Origin: Elsinoe ampelina
Lineage: Eukaryota
Length of the DNA: 64,000 nucleotides
NCBI GenBank assembly: GCA_010093995.1
Contig: ML992510.1
Location: 509,504-573,503, forward strand
Direction of reading: 5' to 3'
Part shown: positions 1 to 11,587 of the stretch, one piece after another
Layout: each line of letters starts with the position of its first letter
Position numbering within the stretch: position 1 is the first letter of the stretch
Notes under the pieces: model-generated
Seen by the model: only the letters and a program-made list of their open reading frames with translations
The model's database searches: none
What the model was told of the DNA's origin: nothing
Translations under genes and position numbers: made by a program

Positions 1-114
1 CTCGCATTTCTTGTTTTGTAATCATCAGCTCCGACTGGTCTATATCGAGCATACCCTTATACTTGCACGAGTCAGCAGACCAGAGTGCTCGGTCGCTTAC
101 GTTGGACTTTGTTG

Positions 115-1173
115 ATGATCACAAACTCAAGTCGGAGACTTTTGAGTGGAGCTGTACTAGCTTTGAGAGCTTATAGACAAGGGTCTTTGGCGACTATCAT
201 CCAAAGCTCTTTGTGCAGGAGACATCTCACTCACATTCCCGATCACAGAGGTTCCCAAAGATTGCTCGCCACCATGCCTGATCTGGACGCAAATCAGGGA
301 GGTGATCCGAACAAGAAGACGTACAACAAGAAAGCAACCGGACTGGCCCTCAAAACAGCAGAATCTCACCATGCAGACCACGAACTAAAGCTCTTCGGAA
401 GCTGTTTCTGCCCCTTTGTGCACAGAGTTTGGATATCTTTAGAGCTCAAACAGCTAGCCTACCAGTATGTCGAAGTCGATGTGTATAGGAAGCCAAAGTT
501 GTTACTAGATGTCAACCCGCGAGGTCTTGTGCCTGCTTTACGACATGGGGACTGGGGGTGCTATGAAAGTACAGTTTTGATGGAGTATTTGGAGGACCTG
601 GGGGAAGGAGAGCCTCTGCTGCCAAGCGATCCGAAATTGCGGGCTGTCTCGAGACTGTGGTCAGATCATGTGTGTCATGGTGTAGAGAAGACTGAGAGGA
701 TATGCTGATCATGACAGATCAACCGTCACATCATTCCGAACTTTTACAGATATCTCCAAGCACAGACAGAGAAAGAACAGATCGAGCATGGAGAGGACTT
801 CAAGAACCAGATCACCAAGATAGTCGACGCCGCAGACGACAAAGGACCATTCTTCCTAGGAAAGCGGATGACCTTTGTCGATGTGCAATTCGCACCGTGG
901 GTTGTACGAATGCGCCGGGTGCTCAAACCGTATCGTGGCTGGTCCGATCCGGAGAGCGGCAGTCGCTGGGCAAAGTGGGTGGATGCTATCGAGAGTCACG
1001 ATGCGGTTAAGAACACCACAAGTGATGACAAGCTATACTTGGATAGCTATGAGAGATATGCAGGTATGTCCAGCACTCCTTCAAGAACTATGGTCACTGA
1101 TCTACGAATAGAGAATAGGCCGAACACAAGCGAAGTGCAGAAAGCTATCGACTCTGGAAAGGGCCTACCCTAA
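115..1173 (+). CDS. Glutathione S-transferase, Cys-type active site (omega-like); 3 exons
   Basis: Motifs FCPFVHRVWI..LE, VNPRGLVPAL and YESTVLMEYL. GT-AG introns 670-717 and 1064-1111 join the frames (..SDH|INRHIIP.., ..ERYAE|NRPNTS..); stop 1171-1173. In-frame ATGs at 115 and 274. Confidence 0.9.
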
Positions 1174-1593
1174 GTCACCCGTATCACGTTGGTAGATACC
1201 GGTTGAATGATTATGAACTTCCAAATGGTCCAGGTCCTACCCGACCCGATCGCGGTCACATGACCTGCAGACGTATGGTCGGTATGATCGGCGTTTCCAC
1301 AGAGCACTGGGTATTGCCCCAGAGGTGAATAGTGTATGAACTTGCGAGATGGATCATGCATTCACATGGCGAGATCCAGCATTGTCCTTCATTTCACTTT
1401 GTATTCATCTGGGGTAGTCTTCACATGCTGCGATCGCCATTGCTGCCTGATCTAGAGATATATAATCACCTCACTACCACACAGCAGGACACCATGCCTC
1501 ACACACTTCCCACGACTACCTGCCCCATCGATTCCCGTTACCCTCCTGACACCGACTACTTCGCTGGACATCTTAGATACTACCACGGCGCCC

Positions 1594-3804
1594 ATGGAGC
1601 TTGAGGATGTTGACAATCAACACAGACAGGACGGCGACAGTGCTGACACACAAGATGATACGAGGACTGGGAGAACTTTGCCTCCAGACCTCATGGTAGT
1701 TCGTGACCACCAGTCTCGCGAACATGTAGTTCCTGTGGCGAGGTTCTTTGGGTCCGGTTGGGACGAGATCATTGTCAGAGGTTACCAATCAACAGTACTA
1801 TGACCACTCACTGATATGACCCAGAAACAATCGCATCTGGCAGATCTACCAGACCACTGCGTCTAGCCATCACGCTTCGGTCTGACCAACAGAATGGGAT
1901 CCGCCGCCTGCTGCACCTCCTCGACACTCCTTTCAAAGGTGCTATCGTCGGCCACGCTATCGGGTGCGGTTGTATGACTCAGGCTATCATTGCCTCGCGG
2001 CTTGACAGCAATCGAGCTGGCGAGTCTACTTTGGTGATTACCAACAGCTACCAGCTTGAACAGTGCAAGGTCGACATCGAAGAAATGTTTGAACCGGTAG
2101 GTAGAAGACTTCCTTTAGCGGCTTTAGCTAACAGCCTATCAGGGAAACAGGCCAAGCATCGAAGTCGTCAAGAGCTCACAGGACATTGAAGCGTCAGAGC
2201 TTCTGGGCGGAGGCTTTGACATCGTCATCACTACATTCTCGGCAGTTGTGGCCGACTACCGACATCTCATGTCCTTGTGGAGGATACTCGACAATCTCGA
2301 TGAAAACGATAGTGATGACAACGATCCAAGCGGAGCAGAGCGAGTCTACCAAAAAATCTGTAAGCTTACTTTCTTCTCCCCACTCTACGATCAAAGTTGG
2401 GCTCGATTCAAGCATGTTATTGTCGACCAGGCGGCATGTTCACAGGCTCAAGGCCAATTCAGGAAGGCTCTGGCATTAATGCAACGATCAGCTACCATAC
2501 TGCTGACAAGTAATTTGCTTGATAACAAATGGTACAAGTCCCGAAGTCTGGTCCAAGCGATTGGAGGACATCCATTCACCACGTCGGAAGAATACCACAG
2601 GGTCTTCGGCAGGGCACAGGATCGTCAGAGCGATACACAGCGTCAGTATTTGACCAGACTTCTGATGGCATTGGTGGTTGCATCTCCCAGCTCGGCCCTT
2701 CCACTGCCACATCTGTCCGTCCATGCTGTAAGATTCGAGCTGCCACGGGAACAGGAGATTCAGGCCGCCTTCGTCATCATCCGTTATTACAGGTGTCTAC
2801 GTGTCAGACTCCAGCAAGAGGGAGTCAGCGGAAAGCTTGAAGACATCATCAACGAGACTGATGAAAAAGACACAGCAAGTGACATCAAGATGATAGCAAC
2901 GGCGCAAAGTCTGGCTGGTCACCTCGCCCAAGTCGATTCCACTCAAGTCGACCATGAGGAAATGAAGGTCAGCGTAGAAGGCTTCTTGAGTCAGTGCAGA
3001 ACGGCATTGAATTCGCCCCCCGATCAGCTTCCAGGATACAAGCAGTGCAAAGATTGGCTTGCGAAGGTGGTGCGTGGATCCAACATCTACGACGACTTAC
3101 TACCACACTCAGCAAGGAACACAGCAGAATCGTACGACGACAAGACTCCCAAATCTGTCAAGGACACTCAGTCTGATGATCGCTGGCGGATGAGGCTCAA
3201 CGCCATTGACTCAGTTACGCTCGGTGAGGGACGTATCGGCAGAACTCTGGACATCCTTCGGGATCTTCGAGACCACACAGCTGGCAATCTTGTCGACTTC
3301 AGTCGATATGGCGTGACACGACCTGTACCAACACATCACAACAAGATCCTGATCGCTGGACGATACGAGCGCTTCCTCACCCTCCTCGCCCGTGCCATCA
3401 AGAACTTCCTGCCCGACATAAGGTTAATCATCTATGACAGGGTCAGCGAGAAGACTCGATCGACCAATCGTCATGCATTCTCATATTCTCGAGCTGAGCA
3501 GACTGTCATGCTGATTACCGGCAACACGCACGGGGCCAACCTCAAGCTCATCGATGCGACAGCCGTCATGCGGACTGAGCCATGGCTGGTCCACGACGAA
3601 GAGATAGAAGCATGGTCAAGATGCCATCGCACTGGACAGTCGCGAGATGTCACTGTCTTCCAACTGATGGCGGAGAATTCCATGGTAGACCTGTTTGTGG
3701 CAGACGCTCAGGATGAAAAGGACAAGAACTTGCAGCAGTACATGCGATACTTGAGACCTGATGGGACACCACTGGACGTCTTGCTAGGGGAATTGAGAGG
3801 ATAG
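1594..3804 (+). CDS. Divergent Rad5/Rad16-like SNF2-family protein with degenerate ATPase motifs
   Basis: Ordered SNF2 motif remnants: LRSDQQNGI, GAIVGHAIGCGCMTQAI (I), TLVITNSYQLEQC (Ia), DIVITTF, SPLY..WARFKHVIVDQAA (II), ILLTSNLLDN (III), GANLKLIDATAV..EPW..EAWSRCHRTGQSRDVTVFQL (V/VI). Intron 2097-2142 (gtaggt..gctaac..cag) is well supported; intron 1781-1824 and the start codon are tentative. Confidence 0.75.
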
Positions 3805-4218
3805 ACGGAGATTCAGACTCATACAGCACTACAGACATCACGGAATAGACCGATGGAGATAGACGGTAGGAGGACATACTACACAGCAGGTATGATGGTA
3901 GGGCTATTTTTAAACATTTCATGGTTCATGAGTTCTTCACTATTCCTTCACTTACTGTGCATGTGCTTATAGATGTCCTCATTTCAGCTGAAACTTTCAG
4001 AATGAGCGACTGCTCCTCTCACTGTAGGCTCCAGCTTCCAGGCATCACATGTGACAAGATATCTTCGGCTGCATAAGTACCAACGACTGTCCTCTGACAA
4101 TGCACCCTTCATACCTCCACTAGCACTAAGCAAAGAACAACACTATCTCCATCTACCCCCGTTTCCCCCTTCGCTCACATCAATCCCTCACTATATCTAC
4201 CCGTTCAACAAGCCTATC

Positions 4219-4626
4219 ATGCCTCAACGCGATTATCGCAAGAGACTATCCGCCTCCTACTACAGTGGACCACACGTGGTTCCTTCTGGGCTACTCCCTG
4301 GTTGATCTATTCCTGATATCTCTTACATCGCAAGTGCTGACCATATTGCAGAGCCTGCCACGGACCCAGTTCCGGAGGCCGCTGACGACGAGCCAAATGT
4401 CGACGACCCCGCAGATGCCGAATCGATGTCGCCGGGTCACGGGTCCGAGTTGATGTCGCCTAGTAATGGATCCCCAAGCAGAACACAGCCAGTGGAGCGG
4501 ACGCTTACTGCTTGGTGGGTCTGTTGCGGCCTGTTCTTGGTGGATGATATTATTGAATTCGTCCCTTGCTTGTGTACTGTGTCTTTGTGTGTCTGTTCGG
4601 TTTCGATGATGGTAGGAGTGAGGTGA
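4219..4626 (+). CDS. Possible small orphan protein with acidic middle and Cys-rich hydrophobic C-terminus
   Basis: ATG 4219. A putative 51-nt intron 4301-4351 (weak gttgat donor, gctgac branch, tgcag acceptor) removes a stop and joins to ORF 4426-4626. No recognisable homology. Confidence 0.25.
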
Positions 4627-7600
4627 TGTAGGCGTGGCTGTTGCGACAGTATTGATGACTGGTGGAGGTAGGTGGTCCGGCGTAATGTGGCAGAAAGAGG
4701 GCCTGGTGAACGTCTAGTATGCCGCTGTTCGAGGCCAAAGACTCGCTGCCCATTGCGTCATGATTCTTCTTAGGCGCACCTCTATACTTCACCTCGTGTC
4801 TGTCCTCCTACCTTACCTTGTGTCTACCCTCCCACCTTACCTTCTGCTTGCCGGTTTCCTTGGTGTGTGACCTCCTCTTACGCCGCTCCCTTCGGCTCAT
4901 CGTCAACCTTCCGAATGGACACATTCCCGGCCCCTCTGCAGCGTCTATTGTGTCTTCCTAACCTTGGTCGAGTTCCTGGCGCCGGAGATCTGATCTCTCC
5001 CCATAAGTCTCAGTTACACTTGCCTCTCCAATATGCAGGATGTTTGCCTCCATAGCTACTATTATGCTCGTTTCCATGTATGCCTAGCACTATGGGCTGG
5101 CACCCCTCCCCTGTATAGAGCTTTATGTTCGTTGTCACTACCAGTCGTACGCCGTCCGAGGGTTGACAAGCAAGCTGTCCCGTAGAGCCTGGGTTGGAGG
5201 TCCTCCAATAAGCCATGAAGTACGACGCTAGAGACAACGACTATCCTTAGTAGATACAGCAGGTGTATATCCAGCGCAGACGAAGTCGCTGGCGTCCGGT
5301 GCCGACGAGGTATGTGGCATGCACACATACAGAGCTCCGCGAAACTGTGTCTGGTAGGTAAGAAGGACAGAGTGAGCGATAATACTCGATGCTTTTACGT
5401 GGATGGGAAGGTAAGTGACCGACAGGAAGGTGGTACTAGCAATCAGAGAACGATCTATGATAGCTACGGCTGGATCGGGTAATAGGAGGCGTATCTACCA
5501 TGTCGAAAGCGCAAAGGGAGAGAATGACGAAAATAGGACTTACCAAAAGAGACCATAGTACGTACAACATGTGCAACGAGAGACTCTGAGCACACTTACT
5601 TGGAAGCGACGCTCACTAGTAGTACTACTCCAGCCCTGAGGTCACCGGTACGCAAGCGGCTCCGACGACCTCGACTGACATGTATTCGGGGTCTTTCCAC
5701 GAGCCGTTGATCGCTGTACATCGCTGTCAGGTACGAAGCAGGTCAATCTCAGAGATCCTCCCGACATCTCCACCAGCACGTGTGGTATCTCGGTAGCAAG
5801 GGAGATCAACAGCCAGGGTTTTGGTTGCTCTGGACTGCAAACACGTTCGTAGAGTGGTTCTGGGAGGATGCAGCCATGGCGGGAGGGTGCGTTGATCGAG
5901 AATGACTGGGATCGGAGCGGAGTGCTGAGATGTCATCGAGATGGTGGTGAATTCAGACCCTGTCAGTGTTCTTGCCCTTGACGTTGGACACGTCTCGAGG
6001 GAACAATGAGATGTGTGTGCTACAATCGTGGTAGAGGTGGCTGAGGCTGACATGGGAAATGTGGAATGCCATGCTAGACATTTCTGAAGATATCAAGCGC
6101 CGTACCTACCAGAAGGATACGTCGCGGTCGCCCATGAAGCCGCGCATTACGAGTGTCATGAGCAGACTTGCTAACAACGACGAATGCCTCTCACATGTCG
6201 CTTTCGACATGGTCCACGGAATGAATCGCGTCTCGTTGTCTCAATGAGCAGCACTCCACGGTGAAGGACGGTCACTATCCCAATGGTCTGGGTCGAGCCC
6301 GAGAAGCATGTCCAGGGCTTCGAACAAGCCACAAGGGATTCACAAAGGAGCCCAGGGATCAGGAAGTGGGCGCATCAGGAGTGGCTGTCGCTCCACCGTC
6401 GACCCTTGACCTCGGTGTCGATGAGATTGGCTTTTGAAGTGATGCGACATTTTCACCTATCATCTGTGCAGCCAACGAGATCGTGATGCAATTGATGGTG
6501 TGCTCCACGTTAGCCGTGAAATTCGGCGACCGTGTCCTTCGAAGCCGCGTGGAAATTTCGATAGCTGGCGCTGGTGGAACAGGACAGGACAAAATTGCAT
6601 GCTCCACGAGGAAGATCGCGATCATGGCGATCCTCTACCGGTGGTGGAACTGCTCGAGTTGGCAGGTCAGGCTGCATTGAGCCTCAACGTGACTGCACCG
6701 GATCAGATTCTGCTGCGGGAAGGCGTTTCCAATGCGGCGAGGATCAGATTTTCAGGGAACAGATCTCGATCTGGGGAGAGACAAGGAGGGCTTTTTGGAC
6801 ATGATAGACATGCGACGAGGCCGTCCCTGGAAGATGTCCGCACCGACAGAGATGAGGTCACACCGACCAGGCCAAACGGTGAAGAAACCCGACCAGGAAA
6901 AAAGGGCGGCTCGCACGGTGCTCGCGAGCTGCGAGACGGATCAAGCTCCTCGAGAGCCATCGGCGATCTCGCGCTTTAGCGTTTGGGGAGAGAAGCTTAG
7001 CATAGGTCTGACGGGCTGGCGGGCGATCGTCCAGGCACGCTGGAGATGAAGCGTGGCGGGGACTCATACGCACTCCCGCTGGCAGAGTTTGCGTGTTGCA
7101 GAATTATTGGAAAAGAGGAGACCAATCAACGTGCAGGCGAAGTACCGGTGAATGTACTCTTTACCCCTCTTGAAGCATGTTTTTGTCCAGGATTTCGGCG
7201 ACCAGGATCAGCTCAAACCAGGCGTTCGCGCTGCTTACTGCTGGCGACCACAGGAATGTGGCTTGACACCAGTGTGTACATCAGGGTCTCTGGTAAAACG
7301 AGAACCCTCCCCATGGACTCTCGGGTCTGGATCTCCCGTTGCTTGCTGACAATTATAGTACCGTTCGAATCATGAACAGGTGGGTGATGTTGTACTCATG
7401 TGCAACACCAACCTTGGGGGCGTCGATGGATAGGCTGAATCCGAGTGAGAGAAGGATTTGTTGTCAATGTACCGGGCTAACTTAGGTGAAAAGGTGCAAT
7501 GCAGTCGATCGAAAGAGATACAGTAAGCGATGAAATTTCTTCTGCCTTGTTCGATAGATCCGGACATTGCGCGTGTGCCCGGTCGTATGTCGGGCGGAAG

Positions 7601-7630
7601 GTATATTCTCATAGAGTTCCGGCTTATCCC

Positions 7631-7803
7631 CAACAGCCACAGCCAGTATATGGAGAGTGGGATGCTTCAGATATTGATCAGGTGAGACATTTGAAAGGGT
7701 TAACCTTCCTAGACGAGCGCTGGCCGTTTCTGTGGCAGCTTGGTTCGCCGCAAACTTGACAGCTCTCCAGAACCAGATCGTCGATTGAATGAGGGATCAG
7801 AGC
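7631..7803. repeat. Dispersed ~175 bp repeat, copy 1 (partner at 42093-42268)
   Basis: Manual alignment: 48/52 identities in the first block (caacagccac..gatcagg) and 42/46 in the last block (gacagctctc..cagagc); the middle is gapped but alignable. Confidence 0.9.
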
Positions 7804-9123
7804 CAAGCTCTGGTAGCGTTCCCGCTAGAGCAACCTACCGATGCAGGGTTTGAGTGCCTAGCTTGTGATGCTCACGTCGATTTCCGATGACCAGCAGGAC
7901 CCTCAAGGGCCGATATTCTGCTTCCATGGCCTTCCTCGGTACCGTCTCACAAGCCGGCTGAAGCATTTGCACGCGACAACCGCCTGGTTATGCGTATCGA
8001 GCAGAGACGTGGAGAGATGAGGTATGAAGTCATTAGGGGTCTTGCTCATCTCGCAAGGCTCTCCTGGGCACGGGGTATGCGGCTGCTGTTTGCGTGACGT
8101 CGCGGGTTCACAAAGTTTCTGCTTGACTATTGCATGGTCGCTGGCCTGCGGGGTCCAAAAGGCAAACGAGCAAGGATTGGATCCACCGACGAAGGTCCAA
8201 GAAGAGTAAGCGGCACACGTGGGGAGCGTCCAAGGGCAGGGGTTGGGCTTGATGAGATGTGAGTGATGGTGGGATGAGAGAGCGGTTCGCGTGCCTGTAG
8301 CCGTGTGTGGTGTGCTAGCGTGTCCGAGGAGCTGTTGCAAAGCTATTTCGTATCTCCCAATATCCCAGGCGAAGAGGATGAAGACACTTCACCTCAAGCG
8401 GGGTATCGGCATCTGTGACAATGCCATGGCAGGCCAGGCGAGGTGTCGAGTGTCCTCGATGCATGACGCCTGCAGTTATGGCCGGAGCATGTGTCGCCAG
8501 GTCAGCCTGTATCGACGAGGCCGGGCAGCCGGTTTGAGAGCGGCCAGAGTATATGGATTGTCACTGAAAACTCGATCTGTGAGGCCGTGTCTAGGTAGTA
8601 AACGGGTGGGTTGGTTGCAGCTTTGACTCGCGGGTCCGCCTTGGCTGTTAAAAAGATCGAGCGATCGAGCAAAGTGTGAGCCATCGCGGAAGTGGATGAT
8701 TATCCCGACTGTTCCTGGCGCCGGTTTGTGCTGCATGAGCTTGCTAGGGGTCGCTTTCAGGCTTGTGTCGTGTCTTTGATTGATCTCTGACAAGAACGCC
8801 CCATCTGTATCTGACCCTCTTTTCTGATCGCGCTCTTGCATCCGGCATAACCCTGCTTTGCCCGTGCCGTTGGTCATGGAGTAGTTGTGGCAGAGATTAA
8901 AACCATTCCCTGTCCCGCGTCTGTTGTCAGCCTCTGCCCCTCGAGCTACCTTGCTGGTCCTGTATACCACCCTGTTAGAAACTTGTGTCTGCGTGCAACA
9001 TCACCTTGTACCACGCCCACCCTCAGCATCAATACTCTGGACATTCTCTCGTCCTCCACGACCATTCCACAACAGATCAATACTGCGCTGCCGGTTACGG
9101 CGCCTCAAACTGGCTCCCACATA

Positions 9124-10371
9124 ATGGACGGTAGAAACAGCAGTGGACGCAAGGTATCTCTACTCAACGACTTCTGCGACGCTCCTGCCGCCGCCTCGGT
9201 CGTCGCTGCCTCTCGTTGCAATTCCAACCCGGGGCCTGTCCCGGTGAAGCTTCCTTCCCTTTCGGCGAGCTTGAGGACGCATTCTCACTCTCATTCCTCG
9301 CGTTCGGCTTCCTCTACACCCTCGCTTTCCCCGCAAACTCCGCCGCTCATTCGCAGCGAATCCAGTGATTCTCGCGCTTTCGCGTCGCCTTCGCCTTTGA
9401 CTCCACAGTCGACATCGTTCGACAACGGACCTCAGCTGCAGCACAAACAGCCCCAGCCAGTCTCTCACCAGTCTTACTACCTTTACCGACAGCCCTGGAA
9501 TAAAATGGACGACCACACTCTTTTCCCGACCATCCCCGAGGGAGTCCCGATGACTGGCCTGCCTCTTCCAGGCATGAACGGTCTATCCCAACCCCCGCGC
9601 ATCCGGTCTTCTGATTCACCCACCTCAGACTCGCGTGTCTCAAATGCCTCGGCCGCTTCTGCCCCCAAGCAGACGACCAAGAAATCACAGTACCCTTGCC
9701 CTCTGGCCAAGCAATTCAATTGCAATGATTACTTCACCACATCCGGCCATGCCGCCCGACATGCAAAGAAGCACACAGGTCGCAAGGATGCAATTTGCCC
9801 AGAATGCAACAAGGCATTCACCCGCAAGGACAACATGGAGCAGCATCGCCGTACCCACCAGAACGTCCGCGGCCCGGCCAAAAGTGAAAACAGGGTCAAG
9901 AAGCCTAGCAAGACGAGCAGCCGTAAGAGCGACAAGTCAAGCACTGCCACCACTGCTTCTCTCGAGGCTGCCGTAGCTCAGCTTGACGATGCTCAAATCA
10001 ATCCTCACTTGAACGCTCCAGACTTTACGCTCGCCAATCAGACCATTCAACCAGCTTTGCTACCAGCGAATGGTCCATACTACATGAATGCCGATCCTAT
10101 CGCTGCCCTACCTCAGCCCATGACAACTGAATTCATGAATCGACCACCACTCTACCGCTCAAACTACACGAATTCGCTAGATTTCGCAACCATGCCAACA
10201 AATCTCGCCGACCCGAATGAGCTTCATTTCAACTATCCCTCACCTGGCCTCTCCAATGGTCTCAACACCCTTGCCCTGGCAGCTTCTGGTCACCGACGTA
10301 TGTCAGCGGATCACAGAAGATCTTCAGATGACGGAGCTTCTTCAAAATCTTCCGGCTCGAGGTCGCCATAA
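9124..10371 (+). CDS. C2H2 zinc-finger transcription factor, Nrg1/CSP1-like repressor family
   Basis: Two fingers YPCPLAKQFNCNDYFTTSGHAARHAKKHTG and CPECNKAFTRKDNMEQHRRTH; FTTSGHxxRH is typical of Nrg1-type proteins. First ATG is 9124 (the ORF track start at 8887 is GTG). Confidence 0.85.
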   Translation: MDGRNSSGRKVSLLNDFCDAPAAASVVAASRCNSNPGPVPVKLPSLSASLRTHSHSHSSRSASSTPSLSPQTPPLIRSESSDSRAFASPSPLTPQSTSFDNGPQLQHKQPQPVSHQSYYLYRQPWNKMDDHTLFPTIPEGVPMTGLPLPGMNGLSQPPRIRSSDSPTSDSRVSNASAASAPKQTTKKSQYPCPLAKQFNCNDYFTTSGHAARHAKKHTGRKDAICPECNKAFTRKDNMEQHRRTHQNVRGPAKSENRVKKPSKTSSRKSDKSSTATTASLEAAVAQLDDAQINPHLNAPDFTLANQTIQPALLPANGPYYMNADPIAALPQPMTTEFMNRPPLYRSNYTNSLDFATMPTNLADPNELHFNYPSPGLSNGLNTLALAASGHRRMSADHRRSSDDGASSKSSGSRSP

Positions 10372-11587
10372 ACCGACACTATGCCTTTCAGTACATAATA
10401 TTCCCAGACCGATAACACGAATCCCCACGTAGCGTCTCATCTCCGCAACATTTTTCTTCCGCTTTGGACTCAGTCGTTCGAAAGCACATATACCCAGTGG
10501 ACCACTCCAAATTCTTCCCGGAACAGCTCTGGCCATCGGACTTTGATACCGATCGGCATTGCACGGCGTTTATTAGCGATCCCTTATGCCCAGCACACGA
10601 AGGGCTGGCGTTACGAATTTCTTTTTTTTACTACCAGGCGCGATACCACCTGGCCCTGTACAGAAAGAGGAGCACAGATAGAGCTGGTAGGATGACGACG
10701 AATTTCGACACGGGATGTCGACGTCGGTCGTGATGAACAGTGGATCCGCCCTGCAGCAGATCACGCGGATCTCCCGGGGTGGCAAACAAACTGCACAGGC
10801 GATCATCCGCGCGACCGGCCCTTTTTGTGGGGATGCGAAGATACTTCTGCCCAGAGACATGCATGGACGGGAATTTAGCTGAAGCTCTCTGTTCGACACA
10901 TCGGCTATTAGGTCCTTCGGCGAGACAAGCAATAAGCACACAAACGCATGCGGGCGGAAAATGAAAGAAATTTCACGCAATATTCTACCAGACCATTCGT
11001 GATTGAGATGTTCTGTATGTGATTGTCGCGCGTTCCGTCCATCTCGGATTTCACTCATTCTAATGTCATCTCTCGGTCTGACTGCAATTCAATAGACGCT
11101 CAACGAAATGACACGTGAGAGTGTTTTTCTGACGAGGGTCAAGGGCAAATGGTATACGGAGTTTCTCCGGACTTTACGCTCGTTCAGCAAAAGCCGAAGA
11201 AGAGCAGAGGCCGATCTAATATGGTGTCCCGGAAAACGTCAGCGGCACCAGATGCCGAATTGGACCGAATCCACCACCTCAACCTCAACTTCTAAATCGC
11301 GATATAATTCTCGACACCTACCTTGCAGTCCCGTCAGGCCTCCCTGCATTGCTTAGCCATCAGGCTGTGATTCACGCTCCAACTGAACTCCTGTTCACCC
11401 AAAATACATCCGCATCCCACGAGGCTATAACGCGGGGGAGCAGGAAGATCGGCAATTGACCAACCCGACCTCTGGTCCAACAAGTTTACGATTGCGAAAG
11501 GAGTAGCCCTTTGACTCGAGTTACAACTGTCGGCTGTCACCTCAGACTTGCTGATAGGCCTCCATACTCCGTACACAACGCCACATC

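Noticed and set aside
6050..8880. Multiple 60-165 aa ORFs upstream of the C2H2 gene
   Set aside because: No recognisable domains or consistent splice model; treated as regulatory or intergenic.
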